Notes: generated from the sequence alone by a model not told the origin. A stretch of 23,270 nt of DNA from Vitrella brassicaformis CCMP3155 (GCA_001179505.1 CDMY01000762.1:1-23270), one strand, 5' to 3'; counted from the stretch's first letter, positions 1 to 10,392 are shown. Numbers and translations: made by a program.

Positions 1-1664
1 TGAAGGGGTGCGGCAAAACGGGCGCTGGGGGCACCGGGGCCATCATCTGCTGCGGCATGAAGGGCATCACCGGGTCACCGACAGGCAGCTCCACAGCCGG
101 AGGCGCCAACACACCCGCACCCTCCCCTGCCCCTCCACATCCCCTCCATCAGCAGCGCCCTGCTGCGCCTCAGACAGGGGGAACTGCGGCGTCTCCACGG
201 CCACGGCGATGGGTGGCGGGGGAGGGAGGAAATGAGCCGAGTTGGGAATGGACGGCGGCGCAAACGAGGGCGTTGGCTGCAGCTGGGGCTGAGCAACAAC
301 ACCTGCGGGGGACGCCTCACCATTGTCGGACTGGCCGATTGCTGCTGCAGGGTGAGAGAGGGGACCCACCACCACATCAGCCTCTTGCTGGTGCAGCTGC
401 TGGTGCTGCTGCTGCTGTACTCCCTGGCCCTTTTGCTGTGGCTGTGGCTCCATTGGCTGCTGCAGCTGGTCAGCCACTTGGCCGAAGTGCGGGGCATCAA
501 CGGTGTCTTCATCCACGCGATTGTTGGGGGGCGGGCTGTAGCAGCCCGGCCGATCGCCGCCCTCCGGCTGCGTGCCGAAGTACGCAACAGGCTTGAAGGC
601 GTCGCCTTGCAGCTCGACGTTCTGGCCCAACCACTGTTTGGTCTCCACAGTGGCGGCTTCCTCGGCAATCTCACCCTGCGGACACGGCTGCTGCAGAAGG
701 GGCAAGGGAGATAACAGAAGCGGCACTTTGAGAGCTGTCAGAACTGTCGTGTGTCGCGTATGTCGCTTGTCCAACCTGGTGAGTTGGCGCCTCGTCAGCA
801 GGCGGCTCCTCAGCAGCGTCATCTCCAGACAACTCGGCAGCAGCATCAGGAGGCGATGGCCCGTCCTCCGTCTGCGCCTCAACAGTCTGCAGACACACAG
901 AAAGGAATCAGAGACACAGAAACCGATGAAGGTGACAGACACGGAGGTTCTCCCGGGGCCTGCCTTCCCTTCCTGCTCACCTCGACGACGACAATCTCCG
1001 TCTGGGTCGTGGCATGACCCTTGCCCTTCGCCCCCTCCCTCCCCATGCCCTCCCTCGCAGCCTTCAGGCACTCGTCCCTCACCTTGATCAGGATCGCCAT
1101 CTCATGCTCCTTCTGCAACTTGCTCTTGACCTTCTCGGCCTCCTCCCGCAGCAACGTGTGGGGCTGCCGCGCCTCGAGCCGAGCGATGGCTTCGAGGGCC
1201 TTCCGGCACTTCTTGATCGCCTTGATGATGATGCTGAAGCTGTACTCGTGCTCCTTCAGGTACTTGAGAAGCCGCTCGTCGTCCTGCCCGGCTGACTGCC
1301 CCTCTCCGTCCTCCTTGGCCGGTGTGTCGGTGTCCTGGGGCGTCTCCTGGGCGGGGGTGCTGCTGCTGCTCTCCCCTGACGCTGGCTCTTGGTCGAGGCC
1401 CGGCTCGTGTTCGGGGCCTTGGTGCTCAGGCTCGTTTGCTGGGGCGAGGGCATCCGGGACGGCCTGGGAGGGCTGGTGTGCGGGCGATGCTGGCGGGGCG
1501 GCCTCTGACTTGTTCTGAAGGGCACAGAGACCACAGCAACAGAGGCGTGGGGACGGTCAGAATGTCGGTCTCGCAAATGGTGCATTCCCCGCCTGACTTG
1601 CCCCCCTGCTCACCTTCTTCTTGTTCTTTTTCTTGCCGTTCTTGCGACTCCCGTCTGATGGCAT
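1..1664 (-). CDS. Paralog A: Lys-rich N-terminus, short coiled-coil domain and long Pro/Gln-rich low-complexity region. It has a 1-nt frameshift near the window start, so it is truncated, a young pseudogene or a sequence error.
   Basis: Exons 1664-1614 (MPSDGSRKNGKKKNKKK), 1514-981, 886-776 and 690 onward, joined by phase-0 GT-AG introns. Exon structure and sequence are colinear with paralog B at 21506-23270. The reading frame stops at 69-67 after a 4-G run (124-127; B has 5 G), while homology to B continues in another frame to base 1. Confidence 0.8.
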
Positions 1665-1743
1665 GGCTTGGCTCTCCTCTCTAATGGGTCAGAGCCGTCG
1701 GAGCCTCTGCTTGCACCAGAAGGACAGAGGGGAATAGGAAAGT

Positions 1744-1870
1744 GATTTTCAACAGCAAAGCTCCTTCTCCTCTGCGTGGGCTGATGAGAAGAGCTGACTT
1801 CAGATTTTCAACAGGCAAAGCTCCTCCTCTCAGATTTTCAACGGCAAAGCTCGTGCGTTGAAAGCTCGCA
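1744..1870. promoter_or_regulatory. Three direct copies of a ~20-bp element GATTTTCAAC(A/AG/G)GCAAAGCTC in the paralog A / F-box divergent promoter
   Basis: Copies at 1744-1763, 1803-1823 and 1833-1852, then AAGCTCGCA at 1862-1870. One reverse-complement copy (one T shorter) lies upstream of paralog B at 21425-21443. The regulatory role is inferred from position only. Confidence 0.6.
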
Positions 1871-1948
1871 CGTCGTGCACGACCGCTCATCGTCCTCCTC
1901 CTCGCTCGCATCACCCTCTCCATCTAGCGAGAGGGTGCGCCGCTCGGA

Positions 1949-3823
1949 ATGCTGAGCCGCGTGCCAACTGACTGGCTCATGTTCTTGATATGCAGAGTCC
2001 TGCCGAGCGCCTTGGTCTTCCGGTACGCTTCAAGCATGCCTGCAAGGCCTTACCAGACGACATGAGTCTATTGCGGTGCATGTGTGATGCAGGCTGAGTG
2101 GCGTCTGCAAGGAGTTTCATCGCATCTGCTGCCGTGTCACACATGTGATGAAACTCGTCATCGCGGGGAACGAGAGGCCAATCAAGGCGACACTCACCAG
2201 CGGCAACCTCATCGCGCTCACAGGCAGCTACCACTACTTCGCTGACGCATGGGGAGGCAACGCAAGATCAAGGGGTCTCATCCGCCGCCTAATCGAGGGA
2301 AGCCGAGTGAGTCAACTCGTCATAGCGGGCCACCTCATCCGCTCTGAGGTGACTGGGCTGCTGAGACGCTTCACAGCTCGTGTGGCCGGCCAGGAGCCGG
2401 ACCACTCCCTGACGCAGCTCCGGTGCGCCGCTCGGTGCATCCCATTTGTGATGAGCCACATCAAGGACAGCAACGCGGCTGCATCGATGAGTAGCCTCAA
2501 GTGGGTCAGGATGGAAGGGCGTTTAGCGAGGGGGCAGCTGGAGATCATGGCCCGCAACCTGCCGACGTTACAGGGCATTCGAGCATCGTATTCAGGTAGG
2601 GGATAGATAGGCTGGGATGCATGGATGGGCAATCTTTGCTTACTCGTTGGTTGTGTGGTGGCTTTGTTCGCAGAGGACTTGATTGAGGACAACGTGTTGA
2701 GGCTTTTCCCGAGTCTGACACATCTCGAGGTATGCGATCCAATGCAATGCCCACGGAGAGCCGGCAAGCTTGATGTGTGCATATGGTTGTCCTTCCTTGG
2801 TCAGATTGACGTCCTGCCGTTATGGGCGTTGCGTTTCATCTGCACCGGCCCCTCGACCACGCGAGCAGCCGAACTGCTCACCTTCGTGGGCTTCCAGACG
2901 ATGCTAACGGCGACCACTGCCACATTCCTGCGCGACATGCCGCAACCAAGGTCTGACCTGACGTTGCCACAGACAGGTTGACACACGTGGGTATGTGTGG
3001 TGTGTCCTCACTTGTGTCGATGCGTCCCTCTTCCTTCCTTCAGGCGTCTGAGTCGCGTGACCAAGGTGTCGTTCGTTCGTGTCGACGCCCGGGGGCAGGT
3101 ACTCCGCATTCTGGCCGGCTTCCTCCCCTCCCTAGAACACCTCACATGGTGTCGTGTCGATGCCGTGCCTGATGACGAGTCCGACGAGGACGAGCTGCCA
3201 CACAAACGACGCCGGACGACAGAGCACCCACAGCCAAGTGTGGCATCGGCCTCGGCATCGGCTTCCCCTGGTGGCCGTCGGTCGGCGCCGGTAGCTGCTG
3301 CAGTGGAGGGGCCCATGATAAGGAGACTGCATCTCTGGCTGGACTTTGCGACGTCGTGCTGCACAGTGGCCGAGGTGGGAAGGAAGAAACGCTTCCGCGC
3401 GGCACATCTGGCACATCTGTAGTCGTGTTCTCTCTTGTCCAGGCACTTCGAAGTGTGTCGCGGCATCCCCTGCTGCAGGGCGTGGAGCTGCTGAGGGTGG
3501 GGGGGTCATGGCACCACAAGGGGGCTGAGGTGCTCCCAGCGGTGCCCTGCCGGCAGCAGGAGACGGTCACCCTAGGCAAGCGCGGACGACAGGAGGGGAC
3601 GTCGTCGTCGAGTGCTGCCGGCGAGCCATCTGCACCGTGCGGCCTCTGCACCATCGGGCCGCTTCAGCAGCTGGCGTATCTCAAGGGGGTTGTGTTTGAC
3701 ATGCCCTGCCTGGGAGGGGCGGCAGCAGCTGCATGGAGGGCGAGGGTGAGGGGCCAGCTGCCGGCCGTATCGGCGGTGCGGTACAAAGATAGCTATGCGT
3801 TGAGACAGAACCGGCCTGCATGA
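1949..3823 (+). CDS. F-box protein with degenerate LRR-like C-terminal region (about 496 aa, 6 exons)
   Basis: Exons 1949-2022, 2093-2595, 2674-2729, 2805-2950, 3044-3374 and 3443-3823 are all phase-compatible GT-AG (1491 nt). The spliced N-terminus LSRVPTDWLMFLICRVLPSALVFRLSGVCKEFHRIC fits the F-box consensus. LRLFPSLTHLE and LAGFLPSLEHLTW are LRR-like repeats, and HKRRRT is NLS-like. Confidence 0.75.
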
Positions 3824-4253
3824 CATGATCAGATGGATGGTGGCCCGCTGCGTAGACTGGACGAATGAGAGGCTGTCTAATGCGTGGGGTGGTTGTGTGG
3901 ACGAGCTTCGGATACACGGCATTCATTGTATGGGTTAGTCGGGCTGTACATATCCACGAATGACATGCATTGCAACACGTGAGTGGAAGGAAGAAACCAC
4001 CGACCGCAGTGAGTATCGACACCAAAGATAGATACGTCACGTCGGCCCACGAATGCCCTCATGCCAGGCACACAAACACATGACATGCAGCCATGCAATG
4101 CATGCATCTGTTAACCATCCTTCCTCCACAAAGTTGAGGTACACGCACGAGGGGCCCCACCGACATCATCCGATCTGATCTGAGCTGTACACATATTTGG
4201 TCGGCTATGTGTCCGTCCGTCCGTCACGGCCATAATCAGTGGGACAGACAACA

Positions 4254-5420
4254 TTATCGTCTTCTGCGCCCACTGGTCCTCCATACCTGCACCATGCATG
4301 CCATGCCATGATGCCTGTGTTACAGCATGCCGGACACCCTGGCCGGCCTCGTTCGTTTACCTCTGCCTGCAGTGTGGTCTGGGTGGTGAAGCTGTCTTTG
4401 CGCATAACGGTCCGCAGGAACTCGGTGCAACACTGACACACGACACACATCGATCACACGACATCCGAAGGGCGTGCTTATGCTGTGTCCACACATTCAT
4501 TCGCTGACCACAGCGATGACCATTCCGAGGAAGACGGCGACGCAGAACAGCCCAATGGTCAGCGAAAACCCTATCTTGCTCTGGCTGTCCACAGCTGCAC
4601 ACACACACACACACACACGCCACACACACAACACACTCGATGCCCACTCTCTCCTCGCCTCTGTGTGTGTTGGGCATGCGATGTGTGTGGATGAGTCTGT
4701 CAGTCTGTCAGTCAGCCAGTCTCACTTAGTTGGCATGACACGCCGGTGTATGGGTGTCTGCAGAAGCACTGCGAGTCCTCACATATCCCCCGGCCCTCCA
4801 CACACGGGGGGCTGCACTGGTGGGGGTCCTCCACCGCCGATGCCTTGTCGCCACCCGCTGCTGCACTAGTACTGGTAGGGGCCGGCTGCTGCTCGTCCTG
4901 CTGGGTGTGGTGCGCGTGTGTTGTGTGGCGCCGGATGGTAGAGAGGGCTGTGTTGGCGGGGGCAGAGAGAACCACAGGCTCTGAAGGGTTATCCGACAGA
5001 AGGCACACACACATGTTTATGCTATTCCCTCGTCACGTCTGCCTTACTTAGCATTTTGAGTACGACGACAGACGGCCTTCCCCCTCCCTCTCCCCCTCCC
5101 TCTGTCTGCTGCTGCTGCTGCCGCTGCTGCTGTTGTTGCTGCATCCGCCCTTCGTCCCCCCAGCCGCCCGTTGATGCATCGTAATCACGATACGGATGAG
5201 CAGAGGCCGGCTCGACGCGATAGCCGTACCCATACTCATGGTCAAAGTCACTCCCGTCCGCAGCCTCCCGTCTGCGCCAGTCGATGGAAGAAGTGACAGC
5301 TCCACAGTGCAAGCACAATAGCAACGTGAGCACCGGCAGCAGAGGGTGCGAGTAGCGCCACGGGTGGCCAGGGCTGCTCTTGCGGCTGGTGGCCGAGGGG
5401 ATGGTGGGGTGAGATCTCAT
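4254..5420 (-). CDS. Type I membrane protein with one EGF-like domain (about 272 aa, 5 exons)
   Basis: Exons 5420-5048, 4980-4726, 4594-4509, 4432-4361 and 4286-4254 (819 nt, in phase). It has a hydrophobic signal-like stretch PLLPVLTLLLCLHCGA, a polyQ tract, a six-Cys EGF CSPPCVEGRGICEDSQCFCRHPYTGVSC, a TM segment IGFSLTIGLFCVAVFLGMVIAV, and the tail CCTEFLRTVMRKDSFTTQTTLQAEVWRTSGRRRR. The ORF stays open upstream to 5540. Confidence 0.8.
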
Positions 5421-5725
5421 GGGTGGGGATTCATCTACTTCACGAGTTTGCGACGAAGCTGCATCCGCTGGCAAAGGGGATGAACACGGCCGGTCGGGGG
5501 AGGGGTGGAAAGGCCTTCTGCGCATCCTCAGTGGTGCCATCGCTCATTCTCACTGCCAAAAGTGGAAAATCACCACAGACAACGCCGCGGTTGCTGATTG
5601 CGTCTTCCACAAAGCTGCTACGTCCTCCTTGACGCCTTCTTCGCCTGAAAGCGATCCATCTCGTTGCGAGCTTAGTTTCCTTTCCAAAGAGCAGCCGTCA
5701 AAAAGATCAGGCCTCGCGAGTTGTC

Positions 5726-8514
5726 ATGCACCCCCGTCGTGTAGCGATACAGCAGCTGCCTCATCTGCCAGTGCCATCAGGGCTGGGAGCCGCGTGCAGA
5801 GGAGTGTGGTCGTCGGCACCGCGCCATGCAGTGGCAGGCGGTGGGGGCCGTGTGCGTCATTATCACAACTTCAGTGTGGACATTGGCCCGGTGCCCATCG
5901 ACGTGACCATCCAGCCGCTGCAGCTCTTCTCCGTCAAGGGAGAGGGATCTGCCGAACACGTCATGAAGGTCAGAAAGAAAGGACTCTCAGAGGGGAGGGA
6001 GGAAGACAGAGGCACACACACACACACACACACACACAGACAGCCAGCCGCCGCAGCACAGACCGCCTTCCTTCCACCCGCCCTGATCCTTCCTGTGCGT
6101 GTCTGGTATGTGTGTGTGCAGATGGTTCAGGACGATCAGCCCAAGATGGTGCTGTTGTCCATCGACGATGACATGTACGACGTCATATCCCGCTCGTTCA
6201 ACAGAGGGGTGAGGCAACGAGCCAGCCACCAGACCACGCCATGCCACCTGGCAAAGGGAAGATCCCACCCTGCCTGTGTTTGTCGATTGCGTCTGCCTGC
6301 ACAGGATCTCTTTGCAGCTGGTTATACAGAGCCGGTGAGTGAGTGAAGGGTTGATTGACTGACGCAGACAGACAGACAGACAGACAGGACCATTCCATTC
6401 CCCCACCCACTCGCCCATCCATTGTGTGTGTGGTGGTTTCTTTGTGTTGTGCCTTTCTTTGTTTCTTTGTTTGTGCCTCTATCTATCTATGTATAATAGA
6501 TCTTTGTGGTGATGCAGCGTGTGCAGGGTGCGTGGATCCCCACCATCCAGCGCTGCCTCCTCGACAAGATACCCCATTTCTGCATCGTCAGGGGACAGGA
6601 AGTACGTACACTAATCACAGCACACCGAAGCAAAGACAAGACAAGACGGACGGGAGGGAGGGATGGCAACACTAAGGCTGCCTGGGAGGCTGACGCACCA
6701 CGGACAGACAGACGGACAGACAGACAGACAAACACATGCCCTCACCAGAGTGGAGTGCCTGTCCTGTGTGTGTTGTGTTGTGTGATGTGTGCAGAAAGCC
6801 ATGATGTCGGTCTTTTCCAACCTCTCCTTCAAGCCGAAAGAAGTCGCGGTAAGCCACACACCCCCCTTCCCCCCACCCCCCCCCCTTCCCACCCCTCCGT
6901 CCGTCCAGCGAACTGTCGAGCACCCAACGGGCTGGGCTGACGCATGGCGTGGCGTGGTGTGTGTATGTGTGGCTGCCCTGCACACAGGTCCAGTGGCTCA
7001 CTATGCTCCTTAAAAGAATGCCCTTCTTGCTTGTAAGACAAGACACACACTTTGACTAAATTGGGTGGGTCGTGTATCGTCCCCCCCCTCCGTCTCTGTC
7101 GATGTGTGTGTGTTTGTGTGTGTGCAGCCGCGTCTTCACGAGTACTTCAACGCCAGGTGGTTTCGCAAGTACGCCCCCACCATCTACAGGGCCCAGTTCA
7201 AAGAAGAGTAAGCAAACCACTCAACATACCAACCCACCTCATCTCATGCAATTCACGACAACACACAGACAGGACAGGACACGCCTTATCAGTCTGACTG
7301 CCGGTTGTCTGACTGTCTGTCTGCCTCAGCTGCGAGTACATGTGCGTCAAGGCGCACCACTTCATCCGCCATGCGGTGCTCGCCGGCCTCAACCCCAGGA
7401 AATGCCCTCCCATGGAAACCGAATTCGGAGAAAAGTCACACACACACACACACACTGACTGTGGCGATGGACGGATGGATGGATGTATGTACTGGATGCA
7501 TCCATCAATCAGGGTGATCCTCCGTAAGAATGACCGTGTGTTGCTGGTGTGTCACGGCGAGGACTTTCCCCTCCTCAGCGCCAACCTCCCCCTCTACCTC
7601 AGCAAAAGTACACACAGACACGATGCACACACACAGCAAGCAAAGCAAAGCAGAGCAAAATGTGAAGGAAGCAAGGAACGAATCTCCGTGCCTCCCTGTG
7701 TGTGCGTACTGCCTGCTGCCATCCATTTATCCATCCATCAGTGCAACTCCACGAGCCCAACATGAAGCGCGTGAAGCTCATGGACGCCCCGGTGCGAACA
7801 CATGTGCAATGGCTGCCATGGCATGACTCAACCAACGAAAGTACCGAGACCGACCGTCATTCATTGTGTTGTGTATTGTGTGTGTAGGCCAGCGGCAGAG
7901 CTTACTGGACGCACTTTGTCTACGTGTACCTGCCCAACGCCTACTTGGCGCTGTAAGCAAACACACACACACCAATCAACCAGCCAACCATCCAGGAGCG
8001 CGCTCACCTTACCTTGCACCCCTCAATGCGCCTGCCTTTCTCCCTCCCTCCCTCCCTGTCTGTCTGCCTGTCTGTTTGTCTGGCATCTGTGTGTCTGCAG
8101 TGGCATAATATCTCTGATCACCACAGGGTACTGGAGCTTCTACGGTACGGTCATCAGGCCAACCAAACTCCACATCGGTCAGGAAACACACCATCCCAAC
8201 ACACACACACACACACACCGTGCGGCAGTCATATATTCGCTCATTGCCTGCCTGCCGCCCCGTGTGGTGTGTGCAATCCAATCCAATGATCAGGTGGCAA
8301 CCGTATGTTGGAGGAGGAGCTTGTAGCGTTCGATTCGCAGCAGAACTACGCGGCGCGCAGCCTGGGTGTGCGTGTGCCCGAGATAAGGGAAGACGCCGAG
8401 AAGGAGAGCAAGGTGGACAAGCGGCACTTCATAGACAAGACCCGGGAGGAGGAGAAGATCGAGTACATGGGCAACTGGCCATTCAGATGGGAAAGGGACC
8501 TATCCAGGGACTGA
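5726..8514 (+). CDS. Putative mitochondrial membrane protein, divergent TraB/PrgY(TRABD)-like (about 417 aa, 13 exons)
   Basis: Exons 5726-5968, 6122-6208, 6305-6334, 6500-6601, 6795-6848, 6988-7032, 7128-7207, 7330-7434, 7513-7607, 7742-7791, 7888-7952, 8101-8177 (or 8144) and 8294-8514 join into one open frame (1254 nt). The donor at 7435 (GTCACA) is weak. The protein has an Arg-rich, acid-free leader and a TM-like stretch YWTHFVYVYLPNAYLALGIISLITTGYWSFYG. The gene model is well supported; the family call is inference. Confidence 0.7.
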
Positions 8515-8546
8515 CTGATGACTGATGACTGATGACTGATGACTGA
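8513..8546 (+). repeat. Heptamer tandem repeat (GACTGAT)x4 plus a partial copy, overlapping the stop codon of the 13-exon gene
   Basis: Directly visible: gactgat gactgat gactgat gactgat gactga. Confidence 0.9.
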
Positions 8547-9441
8547 CTAAGTTACCTACCGGGAAGAGGGCTGTGTCCCGTGCCGTGCATGTTTGTCTCT
8601 GCACAGCGTCTTTATCCGTCTCCATCCATCCAACGGTCTCTGCTTCCGTGTGTGTCGTTTGTTGTCCGCCCTTCGGTGCTGCTGCCTTTGCCATGCGCTG
8701 TGGCGGCACCCTCCGCCACACGCTGGCTGCACGTTGGGCGTGTGGTGACGTGTGTCGTGGGCGGGGAGGGTTTGACTTGGCAGCACTGCACTGCACGAGT
8801 GAGGCACGGACTGGCGATTGACAGACTGTAACATTTACAAGCCCACCGCCACCTGCATTGATTGCATGAGTTAGTTCGGAAATCATTCATTGGATCAGTA
8901 CGGTACGTGTAGCTAGTGTCCGCGAGGAATGTATAGGGCTTTGCTCATGTGCGGCCAGCCGTCAGTCTGGTTGAGGCCGATCTGGACGACGAACCATCTC
9001 CATCAGCGAAGTGCACCAACTGACTGATGGGAATGCAGCAGCCTCGAGATCGGCATCAACACAGCACAGGCGGAAGAGGCACCCAAGAGCACAGCACCCC
9101 CAGCTTTGTCAGTGACTGAAAAACGCGGCAGCCCATGCAGCCCCTCGTCTGTCTCATCTCATGTCACTCACACAACTAACTGCACACACGGCCCATAAAT
9201 CGTCACGTCATCCATCGGCTGGCTGGCCGGCCCCTTCCTTCCACTCCCTCCCTCGACAACCAAAAAGCTATCGATAGCCAGATGAACGAAGAGATATCAA
9301 TAATCAAGTCGCGCACACGTCACGTAGTCTGTCTGCAGAGGCAGGCCAGGCCAGCATGGCTGGGGCTGACCCACACAGATATCTGTCTGCATGACATGCT
9401 GTTCCCTCCCTCCCTCCCTCTCATTGATATATGGCAGTCAG

Positions 9442-10392
9442 TCAGCACTTGTCGTCGTGATACATCCAGTTGTGCTGCTGACCGCCAGCCTTCAAATCAG
9501 CATCTGACGGACAGACAACACACGGACAGCGAACCTCCCACGGGCAATCAATCATCCTGCCTCCCTCCCTCTCCTCCCCTCCCCTACTGGCTGGCTGGCT
9601 TACGTGATGCGTTGTCGAGTGGGAGTTTCTTTTCCTTGGCGCTGGAGAGCATGCTGAGGATAGAGAGTGCGACGGATGCGACGGTGAGTGTGGGTTTCCA
9701 GTCGGTGCCCAGTAGGTTGAGGCAGATGTCGCCGTTGGAGTAGACGTGGGGGTGGCGGGGGGTGGGCTGCAGGAAGTAGATTATTGGCGGCTTCAGGGGG
9801 TACTCGGGCGGAAACACTATCTTCAACCGGTACTTCTCACCTTTACACACACAGACAGACACACGGACAGAAGGAGTGAAAGGGAGAAGGCTTGTAAGTT
9901 CTCTGGGTGTGGTGTGGTGTGTGGTGTGCACTATGTATGGTTGACCCACCCACCTTCATAGAGTGTCCCCTCCACCCCCGTGAGTGTGATGATCCACACG
10001 CGTATGTTGCTGCCGACGGCTATCTCGCAGTGGTCCGGAGGAGTCGTCAAGAAATCCTTCAACTCCTGCACCGCATGCATCATCAACACCCCCATTGTAT
10101 GTCTGTGCGTCTGTCTGACCTTTTGTATCCTGTAGTTGACGTGTCCCGGCCTGAAGCTCCGCCGCAGATGGTCCTTGGCCGCACCACGAACCGATGACCG
10201 CCGCTTGGCCGCCGAAGACGGCACGTTGGCGACTCGAAGGGCGGCGGCATTCAGTAACCTCGACGACCGATCCTCGGTCTGCAGCCCACACGCGAGGGCG
10301 ATAAGTGAGCAGAAGGCTGTGACAAGCATCCTCAGCCACGGGGACAGCCGCAGAGGTGAGTGGAATGATGACGTCGCAGACGTCGTCAGCAT
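9442..10392 (-). CDS. UBE2W: Ubiquitin-conjugating enzyme E2, UBE2W type, with a signal-peptide/transit-like leader; probable ortholog of the apicoplast E2 (E2AP)
   Basis: Exons 10392 (or 10329)-10120, 10065-9954, 9840-9604 and 9503-9442. The core is NYRIQKELKDFLTTPP...YPLKPPIIYFLQPTPRHPHVYSNGDICLNLLG...SMLSSAKEKKLPLDN. It has the HPH triad in place of HPN, the catalytic Cys, and the C-terminus WMYHDDKC, all typical of UBE2W-class E2s. A leader of about 60-80 aa precedes the UBC domain. Confidence 0.92.

Larger units (their letters stand above)
1..1875 (-). repeat. Left arm of an inverted segmental duplication (partner about 21401-23270)
   Basis: The reverse complement aligns by eye with 21401-23270 across promoter, exons and introns. 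Example: ccccaggacaccgacacaccRgccaaggaggacggagaggggcagtcagccgggcaggacgacgagcggct differs at 1 base in about 70. Confidence 0.95.

Noticed and set aside
1744-1852. CRISPR-like array
   Set aside because: There are only three ~20-bp units with unequal spacers (39 and 9 nt), the context is eukaryotic, and no cas genes are present.
3960-4110. TGCATGCA / CATGCA cluster resembling an ApiAP2 binding site
   Set aside because: It lies between convergent 3' ends, and TGCATG-type words are common in introns throughout the window.
4254-4432. TRAP-family adhesin tail in the EGF protein
   Set aside because: The Trp is not penultimate, the tail is basic rather than acidic, and there is no vWA or TSR domain.
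5421-5540. Longer N-terminus for the EGF protein from the upstream in-frame start at 5540
   Set aside because: It would push the signal-like hydrophobic stretch about 65 residues from the start. ATG 5420 is preferred, but this is unresolved without 5' transcript data.
1949-10392. Functional ubiquitin cluster (F-box plus E2)
   Set aside because: The genes are not adjacent, the E2 appears to be secretory/plastid-targeted while F-box proteins act in cytosol or nucleus, and both families are large enough for chance proximity.
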